Shown: positions 23,401-33,428 of the stretch, piece after piece | Position numbering within the stretch: the stretch's first letter is position 1 | Layout: every line of letters starts with the position of its first letter | From: Halocafeteria seosinensis | Taxonomy: Eukaryota | DNA: 36,100 bases | Assembly: GCA_001687465.1 (NCBI GenBank) | Contig: LVLI01000579.1 | Span: forward strand, 1 to 36,100 | Reading direction: 5' to 3' | Position numbers and translations under genes: made by a program | The notes under the pieces: generated by a model | The model's input: only the letters and a program-made list of their open reading frames with translations | Database searches by the model: none | Told to the model about the DNA's origin: nothing

Positions 23401-25817
23401 CCGGCTCGGGCCGGCAGCTCTTGCGTAGAGTACCCTGTGTACTGCACAGGCGGTGTCGGTGGAGTCTCTGGCCGGTCGAGTGGAGGGGTCGACACTTTGT
23501 TAGTTGTTACGAGTGAGGATTCATTTAGGGTCGACGGTTCATACCACACATTCCGTTGTTGATACACATCCCAGTAATACCACCATTGATTGTACTGGTC
23601 CCAGAAATATTCTATCCCGTCTGCTCCAGTGAAACCGCTCTCCGGAACACTATGGATGCCGAGTTTGTGATGGTCATACTCGTGGGAAACAGATTCCGGA
23701 GAAAAGATGAGGTTTTTCGTCTTAGTTGTTTCCGCATGCATGGGCATGGCTGCTGGATGTTCCCATCGCTTCTCATGGGTTATTGCGTTTTCGTACCACG
23801 GGAATCGGTTTCCTTCCTCGTCAACATACCAGTGGCGGTACCATACTTGCTCGTTCGTCGCCGAGCATGCAGTGGCATCAAATTGTCCCTGTTTGCTTTT
23901 GTGCTTTCTCTTCGAACGCTTTTTGGATGTGCGCACTCTCGCGGGTTCATCATCGCTCCACTCCGACCCCTCGGAGACTTCAAGCTCTCCCAACAACTCC
24001 GGCCCACAGTGTCTTTTGATAGTTTGTTGAACTTTTGCATTGGCTGCGTGGAAAGCTGTGACACCTTCATCGTCAACTACGTCAGGTCTTGCTCCATTCC
24101 TAAGTAGAAGGCGGGTCAACTTGGGGCTGGCGCCCACGGCGTAATGAAGAGCAGTCTTCCCATTGCGATCCCTTGAATCGATATGTTTGTTCCCGTTGAT
24201 TTTCAATAACAAGGAAGCACAACCGATAATCGTCTGCTGTAGCGCGACGGTATCTGAGCCGGAAAGCATTGCAGGTTTTGCAGCAGTAGAGCAAAGCACA
24301 TGCAGCGCTGATTGACCACGATCATCTCGTTGCCAAACTTGCCTTGAGTAGGAGGTCAATATTTTCAAGGAATTATAGGCAACCTGTCTCGCTGCCATAT
24401 GAAATGCGCATCTGTTGTATTCCTCAGCACACCTTGTGCTAATGACTTTCGAGGCGACGTTCTGCGAAGCAGCCTTTTCCAAAAGAACCTTCATACAAGT
24501 GTAGTGTCTCCGCTTTACTGCAATCTGTAAAGCGGTGTACCCCCAGTCGGGATGTGGATCATTTTTACAAAAGTATTTCAAACATAGTTCCACAATCTGG
24601 GGCCGATCCATCTGGCAAGCGACGAGCATTAATGTGTCTCCAGATGCATTGGAGGTCTCAGGATCCAGCCCATTCCTCAGGAGGTTCTCGAGCGCTTTGA
24701 CACTGCGTTGGAAAGAAAGGGTTAGCATGACGTATGCAAAATTTGCTTTACTTTCCCCCACATACTTGTTATCTTTAATACAATCAAATGCGAGGTCGCC
24801 TTGGCCTTGGTGTAACGAAGATCTATCGGTGAATGAAGACGTGTCTTGCAAAACAGTGCTCACTTGTTCGCGGCTTCCAGCCGAAGGATGAACTTGATTG
24901 TATATCTGTTGAATGCCATTGATCCATGCTTCTCTTTCTTCCTCTGTGAAGCATGCGGCATCCAAAGTCCTGTCTTTGCTAATTATTGAGAAACACAAGC
25001 TCTCATCCGGCAGCTCTGAGGGTTTGGACTTTAGCAACTGAGCGAAAGCCGGAGTACGATGTCCTCGTCGTAACTCCAAGAAAGAATTTAAGCAGATCCA
25101 TCCAGGTTTCACCTTGGAGAAAACACGCCTGTTTTGTGGTTGTGACCACATTATCGAGGCAACATTTTTCATCCGATTCTCTTTCATACAAACCTGCCGG
25201 TTGTACTGGTCTATTTTGGGATATTCCGCATCCAAAACGACCCTGAAGAATCGCTCCTCAACCGCAGCAGTCCTTTGATGTATTTTCAATAGATGTGCAC
25301 CTTTCCATACTCTCGTAACGGGGTCATCCGACACAAGAGACACGTTTTTGGTCCTATCTTGTCCACTGGTGGGGTTGATTTTAGATCCTTCTGTGTCTAC
25401 TTTAACATCCACTACAGGAGCGAAGCCTTCTAATTTTGAAGAGGATAGGCTCTCTTTACTTTCTTTAGCATCAATATTTTCAGTAAACTCTTCCAGCAGG
25501 CTTCCTTGCGGATACTGGGACCGAACAGATGAGTAGGCAACATTGGAGTTCGTTTCCTTGAGCTTCTGGTGTTCCTCTGTGAAACGTTGTCGTTGGATCG
25601 TTCTCCCACGAGTAGACGGTTCCTTGTGTCCTTTGTCGGTTTGCTGGAAGTCTGCAGTGGTTCTAACTCGTTTTCCTCCGGTAGAATTCAGGATGTCAGC
25701 ATTGCATAACATACCGGTTGTGGACGGTACTCTATTGGGTAACGTGATGGTATCATGGCCATCATTAGTCGACGGCTGGTCTTCTGATGGTCGTACTAGA
25801 ATAACGTTGTCATCCAT
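20433..25817 (-). CDS. Formin: PH + ankyrin repeats + WW + 3 KYxKM repeats + FH2 with inserted WH2-like motif
   Basis: 1794-aa ORF. PH-like CFSIISKDRTLD...REAWINGI; ankyrins (GYTALQIAV, GQSALHVLC, GKTALHYAV); WW (WYENAITHEKRWEHP); FH2 (LKVHWNAIP..SVW, RRNNVSISL, LAVGNKLNEG...GFTLESLNKL..TK, YFAEDP). Probable in-frame 63-nt intron at 24703-24765 (gtatgt...gctaac...cag). Confidence 0.93.
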   Translation of the reverse strand: MDDNVILVRPSEDQPSTNDGHDTITLPNRVPSTTGMLCNADILNSTGGKRVRTTADFQQTDKGHKEPSTRGRTIQRQRFTEEHQKLKETNSNVAYSSVRSQYPQGSLLEEFTENIDAKESKESLSSSKLEGFAPVVDVKVDTEGSKINPTSGQDRTKNVSLVSDDPVTRVWKGAHLLKIHQRTAAVEERFFRVVLDAEYPKIDQYNRQVCMKENRMKNVASIMWSQPQNRRVFSKVKPGWICLNSFLELRRGHRTPAFAQLLKSKPSELPDESLCFSIISKDRTLDAACFTEEEREAWINGIQQIYNQVHPSAGSREQVSTVLQDTSSFTDRSSLHQGQGDLAFDCIKDNKYVGESKANFAYVMLTLSFQRSVKALENLLRNGLDPETSNASGDTLMLVACQMDRPQIVELCLKYFCKNDPHPDWGYTALQIAVKRRHYTCMKVLLEKAASQNVASKVISTRCAEEYNRCAFHMAARQVAYNSLKILTSYSRQVWQRDDRGQSALHVLCSTAAKPAMLSGSDTVALQQTIIGCASLLLKINGNKHIDSRDRNGKTALHYAVGASPKLTRLLLRNGARPDVVDDEGVTAFHAANAKVQQTIKRHCGPELLGELEVSEGSEWSDDEPARVRTSKKRSKRKHKSKQGQFDATACSATNEQVWYRHWYVDEEGNRFPWYENAITHEKRWEHPAAMPMHAETTKTKNLIFSPESVSHEYDHHKLGIHSVPESGFTGADGIEYFWDQYNQWWYYWDVYQQRNVWYEPSTLNESSLVTTNKVSTPPLDRPETPPTPPVQYTGYSTQELPARAGTPPLEKMATPYHQKAEGPDQFYGNEYMYRSDAENMKAPQGHGLQSPYAQPYSKKLEACETRSGGNDLPIVPNSQPVSIDEHGTATSIDTTQDHACGPLTPGLTYSRGSYSCGPSVRSGNAEQQSFSRALDFESDEAQINSNQYADVSGYGYSLPNTRGSTDDSYSETIVPPDSSSSGTAITSPTATTEPAKTSVDTTGSNLHGVATSKAEQNSNDALDCTNRISAKRTDSLSAEANTSSSASPVRNAEDTIQKELVADLSKYVKMVSMGIPLEGVQHKMKQDGCTTEEINSLPALIEQKEQANGTKTPKHSVNSPDKSEDWSVAYPTLYSSASIKYLRMRSMNIPSESVEQKMKLDGDFDEQRRKQFDEELEAFITHNGRPALKLLMKRVEEVNESANESNGDEYKVAKVQESSKNGPTENVAASKYPAEDTRAEWKQEFQDDSDLQKYAKMLQMHVPLGAVRGKMIQDGVQKATIRKFIVAFSDSQEHADSLLGPSEGPPPKGPQSQANAAAANRRSKIPLLKVHWNAIPEEKLAQSVWATSRDESAFEEELDNDDLAELHQVFASKSAKSIKNSSSSQNKVEKATTKSNVNIVDMKRRNNVSISLAQFKKMGKHENILEAIYKLTLSPDQSETLSELLPTTEEVGKISDCGVKPENLPEVEKWFLTCSRVPRLEQKLTFSILYHRFPSILSDLKERVDLLTAAANGVLDSEALRAVLTAALAVGNKLNEGTNKASAQGFTLESLNKLFTTKGNDRTTTVLDFVIRTTHKRDVNVVPQLITDLSPLRDVNKICLSDIQSEMNLLRGKLKNCEREANSESADLDGAQESVEETAEDESTTAEPAPTTPANPLLASIQNAGKLRKRATKKPLKALPKNPCQMEDRRSFIQIAQAFGTDAKQKFGAVEEKLRVLEDLAEKVVLYFAEDPNTVTSEQVFSTLLEFASSCQQSLSKIEQDNSRSQPTNVRPPQTPSRRGVSAPSIPPSAGEK

Positions 25818-26313
25818 GTTGATGAAAGGACAGACCTAAACGGCTGCTCGCTCATGCGTTTTGTGTCCCGTTGCACCCTCTATTCACTGTCTCACGAAGT
25901 CTCTGTGCCAGCGTCGATGATCGGGTGTTTCTCTTGTGCTTCCCCTGTTGTACTTCCCATGCGATGGATGCTAAACAATGAAAACAGATATATTTGCCCT
26001 TCGGTCTGAGGGCTCGGCCTCCGGGCTATTGGTTCAAACACCATCCGGGCTTGCGGCCCGGACGGGACGAGGACATTTTCTCAAGGGGAAGACCAAGGGG
26101 AGAGGAATGTAGGCTCGATATTGTAGACTGTACGCTTCCAGAGTGATTGTGTATGCATTCTATTTCGATTGCGCTGTAGGGTTTGTCACGTTTGTGCATT
26201 GTACAGTGGGAAAGGATACCGAAAAACGCACAAAGTATAAAAAAGAAGACTTCCCTTCCCCCTTTCTTGCTCCTTTTCCCTTTCCTCCTTTCTTTTCGTA
26301 CCATAACATAGCA

Positions 26314-29300
26314 ATGAACGAAGGAGGTGATATGGATGCGTATTACCACAACGCCACAGCAGCCGCTGCGGCGGAGAGTGTGGCGGATGATACAGATCGA
26401 AGCGAGTATGAGCTCCATGAGGGTCAGTCCGTCCAAGATGAGGCGCAGACACAACCTGATTTAGATGTCGATTTAGACGATGACGACGATGAAGAGGAGG
26501 AAAATGTCGCCCCCTACCAATGGGACCAACTCCCGGAACACGCTTGTCGCTATTGTGGGATCCATAATCCCCTGTCTGTGATCAAATGCGTCAACACAGG
26601 CAAGTGGTTCTGTAATTGTAGAGGAAGCACTTCGGGAGCCCATATCATTCAGCATTTGGCAAGGACAAAGAACAAAGAAGTCTCACTACACCCTGATAGG
26701 TACGTTTTCGCCAATGTCAACATGCGATTTTCCCAAAGCACCAACAGTGCCGTCTTGTCATGAATGCAGTCCCTTGTCGGATGCTGTGATTGAATGCCAC
26801 AACTGTGCTACCCGGAATGTTTTTCTGATGGGGTTCTGTCCCGCGGAAGAAGACAATGTTGTAGTTTTATTGTGCCGTGGCTGTCTCAATCTAGGCTCCT
26901 TGAAACAAACGGAATGGAATCTCAACCTTTGGCAACCCCTCATCAAGGATCGGGCCTTCGTGGACTGGTTGGTCCAGCCGCCTGAAGAGATAGAGAGAAT
27001 GCGGGCTCACCCGATTACGTCATCTCAGATTGCCAATCTGGAAGAACTGTGGAGAACCAAGCCGGAAGCAACCCTTGAAGACTTAGAGACTGAAGGAGTG
27101 GAAGAAGACATTGAACCCGTCCAGCTTCAGTATGAGGATGCCTATCATTACCAAAACGTCTTCGGTCCTCTAGTTAAAATGGAAGCAGATGAAGATCGGC
27201 GGTTGACTGAGAGTTTGCGGAAAGATGGTACGTGGTTTCTTGTGTGTTATGTTTGTTGTACCTTGTACGATGACAATGTTCCTGAACTCTGTTCGAGCAG
27301 GCATTAGTGTGCGTTGGGATGTTGCACTAAATAGAAAGCGCCTAGCACTGTTCCGCTTTCCGAATCCGGATTCTGAACTAAGACTCGTATTGGGTGACGA
27401 AGTTCGTCTGAGACTACCTGCGCTTATGAGCCATGTAACATCCGGAGAAGAATGGACAGGTGTCGGCTATGTCAGATCGATCATTGATGGCGAAGTAACG
27501 TTAGAAATGCAAGGGCCACTTGTCACTGACGAAGAAATCAGAAATGAAGCTGCTGGCAAATTCTACCCTCCTAGAAACAAGGCAAAACAGGCTGCATTCC
27601 CTGTAGATGTGGGAGCAGGATATACTGCCGAAATGGTATGGAAGAGTGTGAGTTTCGACCGGATGCAAGCTGCTCTGCGTACCTTTGCTCTGGATACCAC
27701 AAGTGTCTCTGGGTTTTTGTACCATACCTTGCTGGGTCACCCAGTCGATCCCCAACTTTTGCGCGTACGACTTCCTTCAAAATTCTCGGCTCCTGGTTTA
27801 CCGGAACTCAATCATAGTCAAATCACAGCAGTCAGAACTGTGCTGCAGCGCCCATTATCATTGATTCAAGGACCACCAGGAACGGGAAAAACCGTCACGT
27901 GCGCAACAATTGTGTATCATTTGGTGAATTTGGCCAAGATTTCGAACAAGAACCAAGTGCTAGTGGTAGCTCCATCGAACGTGGCGGTTGACCATTTGAC
28001 CGAGCGGATCGCTCAAACCGGGTTGAGGGTAATTCGTTTAGCTGCAAAGAGCAGAGAAGGTGTTGCCAGCAACGTAGAAAACTTATGCTTACACGAAATG
28101 GTTCGTCAACTGGCGACGCAGCCATTGCGCTCTATCGGTAAGGGTTCCGGGAAAACGGCGAAGGATAGTGTGCAAGTGAAATCCAACATGGGAGTTACGT
28201 CAATTTTGAGTATTCAGAAAGCGTCTAATCTCGTTAAACTTCAAACTTTGAAAGACGAGTATGGTGAGCTTAATGCCGCCGACGAGAAGAAATATTGGGC
28301 CCTGGTTCGCGAAGCCGAAGTGGCTCTTTTGAAGAATGCTGATGTGATTTGTACTACATGCGCTGGTTCGGGTGATAAACGTCTCCGCAGGTTCAAATTC
28401 CAGCAGGTTCTAGTGGACGAGGCCACCCAGGCAACGGAGCCAGAATGTCTAATTCCAATTGTCAAAGGGGCCAAGCAGCTTGTACTGGTGGGTGATCATT
28501 GCCAGTTGGGGCCAGTGGTCATCAGCAAGAAAGCAGCGGGTGCAGGACTGAATCAAAGTCTGTTCGAAAGACTTATTATGCTTGGTGTGCGACCGATTCG
28601 GCTACAAGTCCAGTACCGAATGCATCCGAGTCTCTCCGAGTTTCCGTCCAATATCTTTTACGAGGGATCTTTGCAAAACGGTGTCACTTTGGCTGAGCGG
28701 ACACCTGATGAACTGGAGCTCGAATGGCCGGTCCCCGGCAAGCCTATGTTTTTTTACATTTGCACCGGCACTGAAGAGATTAGTGGCTCAGGTACCAGTT
28801 ATCTGAATCGTTCGGAAGCTTCCGCAGTGGAGAAAGTTGTGACTTCATTCTTGTCTGCCAATGTATCTCCGGAAAGTGTGGGTGTCATCACCCCTTACGA
28901 AGGGCAGAGATCCTACGTTATTCAGCACATGACTCGTCATGGAATGATGGGGGCAACGCAGTACGAGCGCGTGGAAGTAGCGAGTGTCGACAGTTTCCAG
29001 GGACGAGAAAAAGATTATATCATTGTTTCATGCGTACGTAGTAATGAAAAGCAGGGTATTGGTTTCTTGAATGACCCACGGCGATTGAACGTAGCCTTGA
29101 CACGTGCTAAGTATGGCATCGTTATCGTAGGGAACCCTCGAGTTTTGGCAAAGCAGCTCCTTTGGAATAACTTGCTTCACCATTTCAAGAGTAACGACTG
29201 CCTCGTTGAAGGCCCTCTGGACAACTTGCGGCACTCCATGATGCACTTCCCGCAGCCGCGTAAGTATGTCAATCCTCGCTACAAACTCTATGTCATGCGA

Positions 29301-29780
29301 TCACTGGCTAATGACGAGAACGATCCTACAATTTCGGGGCCATTGGCCGCTGTGGGGGCCACCCCGAGTGAGGCTGGCAAAGCCGCGGGTTTACAACAGT
29401 CTATGTCGAATCCTACTACAGAGTCAGAAGGCGGTTCAGCGGAAGCCGGTGGTAGCAACCAATTCGATTCCTTCGGTGAAGGAATTTCCGGAGACATTGG
29501 CAGTCAACTGTACGCGCAATTTATGACCATGGGGATGGGAGGTGTCCCGGGACTGGAAGATCCGAACCAAATGGGTGCAGCGTATACTATTCCCCAATTT
29601 CCTTCGTTGTCGGTTGCGCAGCAGTCGAGAAGGGATGATGCTGGAAATGCTGCCAATGGGGCGTATCCTGACGATGATGCTGTTTCGCAATCCGTCTCTG
29701 TAACGGAAGAAGATAACCGCAACAAACGTGGAAATAAGCCCAGACGTCCCAAGAAGGGGGACAAGAAATCCTCTAAATGA
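26314..29780 (+). CDS. UPF1: Regulator of nonsense transcripts 1 (SF1 RNA helicase, NMD)
   Basis: CH domain [12 protein letters not shown]...WFCN...HIIQHL...[92 protein letters not shown]. Introns ~26700-26769 and ~27229-27300. Confidence 0.98.
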
Positions 29781-29864
29781 GTATTGAAGCTCAAGGCTCA
29801 AAAAGTTTCTCATGCAACTACCGAGCGTTGAAAGGGTCATGGTCAGCAATCGGCTAAAACCCTC

Positions 29865-31662
29865 TCAGCCCAACGTGATACCGTCTTGACTACCTTTCCA
29901 AGAAACCTTGGGGTGATAAATGTGTATAAGCCATTCCTCTTTCCTCCTGCACGACAGAACATCATGATGGAACAAAGTGCTATATTCCGCCGGGGTAGAA
30001 CGGTCGGAGACGTACCTTACGGCGGATATTTTTCTGCGTATGTAACTGAAGAATTCCCAATCTTCACTACCCCAATCCGTTTTACGTGCACTACTCTTTC
30101 TGCGGAGGAGACCATCATTTGTCAAATTGTGCAAGCATAGTACCAAAACAAGCAAAACATACGGGAACTCAGTTCTGAAATCCCCTAAAAGATAGAAAAT
30201 CATTCCAACACCTGGCGTCCTCCATGTAATATACGGCGAGGTCGGATTTCTTGCCTCTTTCCACAACCCTTCTACATCTTGCACTTCTTTTTTAGTGGTC
30301 CGCACGATAGGCAGGTATGCTCGAGGACCTGCAAATAGAGTTAGTAGATATGGCGTACCAAGCCTCGGATACCTGTCATTTGATACCTACGTTCAGAGAT
30401 TTGTTCTAAAGCGTTATCTACGAAGCCATCATCAAGAGCTACCATATCAGCGTCTACGTGAAACACAAGCGATCTGTCCGCGGGAGTCGGTACCGAATAC
30501 GACCCATATGATAAAGTCTGCAGTGGAATACATGCAAAAACTCTCCATGCACACACGCACGTAGACACACTGGAAAATCGTCACGTACTTGCGTTTTCAT
30601 CCAAGGCTCTGTCGGCTCCTGTTTCCTGAGCACTCGTACGTGCCCAGGCCAGCTGTTGTGAAGTCTGAGCATGGCATCATCCATAGTAGTATTAAAATCG
30701 ATAATATAGAAGCATAAGCACGGTAGCCAGGGGGCTACGTCACATCTGCTCGTTGCATTCCTCATAGATCGTATCATTCTCTCGGCATTGCCAACACGAT
30801 TTCTTTCAGGAAGCAAGAAGTAAATGAAAGGATAGCGTGATTGATCACACCGGCGCAAATCGCACGTCGGCGAGTCATAGATCTTCGTCTTATCCTGTGG
30901 TACTTTAGAGACATCCCGCACTTCGAATCCAACTCCTCGGGTACTTACACTGGTCTGTATCAGTGTCTGCGGTGATGCCCTACTCTTAGAGTGAACTCGC
31001 TTTACTCCTCGATTCCTCTTTGTCTTTGATGTACATATTCGATCATACATCTGCTTCAGGCTCTCCTGAAAAGCAGGGGCCCCCCACATCGTCCTCTCTG
31101 GAGCTGTTATTACTGTTGCTTGCTGCAGATGACAGCTAGTTTTCGAGGAATTGGACGTGCATTGATCCAGCAATAGTTCCCAATCTGATTCTGATATCTG
31201 CCGAGGAGACGACCCCTTTCTGTATTCCTCTCTTGTCCTCAGCCCCTTTTTATTATCTCCTGTCGTAGAGAGCAAGGAACTCCAGTTCCTATCTGGTTTA
31301 GTGTCTTCCGTCTTGTGGTCATGTGCCGTTTTCTTCTTCTGCTCAGCTGGTTGGTTTGAAGGGACCTCTGCTGCTCTCTGCTGCTCAGGGATGGCCTGTG
31401 GCTCCTCCGGTATGGCCTGTGGCTCTTCCGGTATGGCCTGAGGTTGCCGCCGCAGGGCTTGAGCCGGTAAATGGGGTGCCACATACTCGGGTGTCCGAGG
31501 TTCCCTCGTCGTTGGGACTCTGTAGATAAACCAGTATCCCATGGACAAGGACATACAGAGGGCAGCCAATAGGGCGAGCACTCGAATACAGGAGCTCTTG
31601 GATGGAAGCATGGAGTGCTTAGGACCTCCGCCACGGCGGCCACCCCGGGCAAGTGTTTTCAT
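29865..31662 (-). CDS. Type II membrane GT-A glycosyltransferase, GT7-like (B4GALNT3/4 / chondroitin synthase C-terminal type)
   Basis: Short basic N-terminus, TM segment VLALLAALCMSLSMGYWFIY, Pro/Glu-rich stem. Then IYFLLPERNR, FYIIDFNT, LVFHVDADM (DxD), AYLPIV, WRTPGVGMIFYLLGDF, WGSEDWEFF, LIHIYH across about 4 introns. Confidence 0.8.
31382..31441 (-). repeat. 21-bp coding tandem repeat (QAIPEEP x2 + QAIPEQQ) in the glycosyltransferase stem
   Basis: Plus strand atggcctgtggctc(c/t)tccggt is repeated; visible in the ORF translation. Confidence 0.9.
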
Positions 31663-32135
31663 GCCGTGGGCGATGAACCCGCTTGCTCCGGACTCAGACG
31701 GACAAATACTGTACACTCCTTCCTACCTCCACCAATCGATTCGAGTTTGTAATGAGTTATATTGGTGTATGAAGTTGCCAAAGTCGGGGGTTGAAGGTGC
31801 ACAGTTGAAAGAAGGATGCACATAACAATTTTGCGTATAAGTGTCTTGTGAACAACTTCCACAACATCGTTCCACAAAGTGTCATGTACTTCGTAGTACG
31901 ATGGATACTGCCGCTAAGATAGCTCCTTGTGCGTTACTTCTGTCCAGGCTGTCCAGGAGAGGTACGTCAACATGTGCATACATGTACTACTCGGTACGCA
32001 AGAACTACGGTTCTCGGGGAGCGAACAGTACTGCGCGACTCATTCGAACACTGGCAAACATCGTTAATAAAGAGGGACTTACAACGATAATCGTAGTACC
32101 CATTTGGTGAGAGGGGAACACGTGCTCGTCTAGTG

Positions 32136-32390
32136 TTGTCGGAGTTTCCTAAGACTACGAAGATCTCGAAGACTCGCAAGGTTTAAATGAGCGGGATATA
32201 TAGGTGAAGCAGCCTTACACAGTTCAGGAGAGAGCAGCATTTTCGGCTATTGTCGGAGTTTTTACCGCGACGATGTCGAAGACTCCCAACAGCCAGTTTG
32301 AGTGCGACTCATACGTGAAACATCGGCAGTAGAGCGCATTCGTAACGATTCGTTACAGTGCCGGCGGAGATTTTTAAGACTACGACGCAA
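32136..32390. repeat. Degenerate ~111-114 bp tandem repeat, 2-3 copies
   Basis: ttgtcggagttt at 32136 and 32250, each followed by tcgaagactc(g/c)caa and ata(g/c)gtgaa. Third partial copy cggaga-tttttaagactacga at ~32365 shares taagactacga with copy 1. Confidence 0.6.
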
Positions 32391-32452
32391 ACAATTTTCT
32401 CGTCGGCGGCGCCAAGACGACTCAGTATAGCTTGAACGTTGTCATACAATAG

Positions 32453-33400
32453 TTTGCTGGACATATACGCGCAATTTTAGAAGAACATAGGGTATCCGGA
32501 GGATTACGCATAAGACTGTATGGCTACAGAAATCAAGAACGCCTGCCGCAGGTCAACAATCAGTTATTCGCTGGTTGTGTGCTAACATTTACAACAGAGT
32601 TATTTAACTCTGGAAACTTCACCGATAAACTGTACATTCGGCACGCCTATATCGACGTAGCCCAATTGATCTTCTCCAACTGCTATGCCAACGGAGATGC
32701 CGTGATGGAAACGAAGGCCCAAAATGCTTTGCGACACATTGGATGCGAATTAGAGGCGGAGGAAAAGGCTCCTCGGCTACTCGGCTATTTGCTGTAGACC
32801 GAGATGCGAAATTGCCTGCTGACTTGCTGGCGTTCAATGAAACTGTGAAATGCTTCCAACGCTTCCACCCACCGTTAGAAGACGCTCATATGTTCATCCA
32901 TGATATCCTTAATCTCCTAACAACACAGAATGCCGGGTTCTTCGCTCACTCCTGTAGCCATCTTCAATGCTGTGTCCGGGAACAGTTGAAAATACCTGCT
33001 GGTACACGTACAGATCGCACAGTACAATGATTGCGCGACTTTAATATAACCCACTGTAAAACACACGACGTGCCACACGTTCGTGGAACTTGTACAATTG
33101 TACAATGTACCAGTGGGTGGTATTCGTGCGGAATCCGCTCAGATGGAGATGCGGCAGTGTTTCACACTTGCGGTTAATTTCATGCTTGAAAGTGCTAGTG
33201 CCAAGTATTGAGAACGATTGAGAGATACGCCTAAACGCCATCCCTATACAGGACGTATTTACCTTTCGTTGTCGGACGCGAAAATTGTGTACAATGGTCA
33301 GCACGAAATCTTCCTCTTAGTGAAACTCCCAACTTCCGTGGTCCTGCTAGTTGTACAGCAGTACTTTCTTTGTTGGGAATCTTGCCCTTTGACGCAAGCT
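32453..33400 (+). pseudogene. Possible decayed coding sequence
   Basis: Several protein-like open stretches (32453-32797, 32743-33030, ~33050-33211) separated by stops or frame changes without clear splice sites. No family recognised. Confidence 0.2.
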
Positions 33401-33428
33401 TTGTGCAAGAGACAGACGTCAATCGTTA

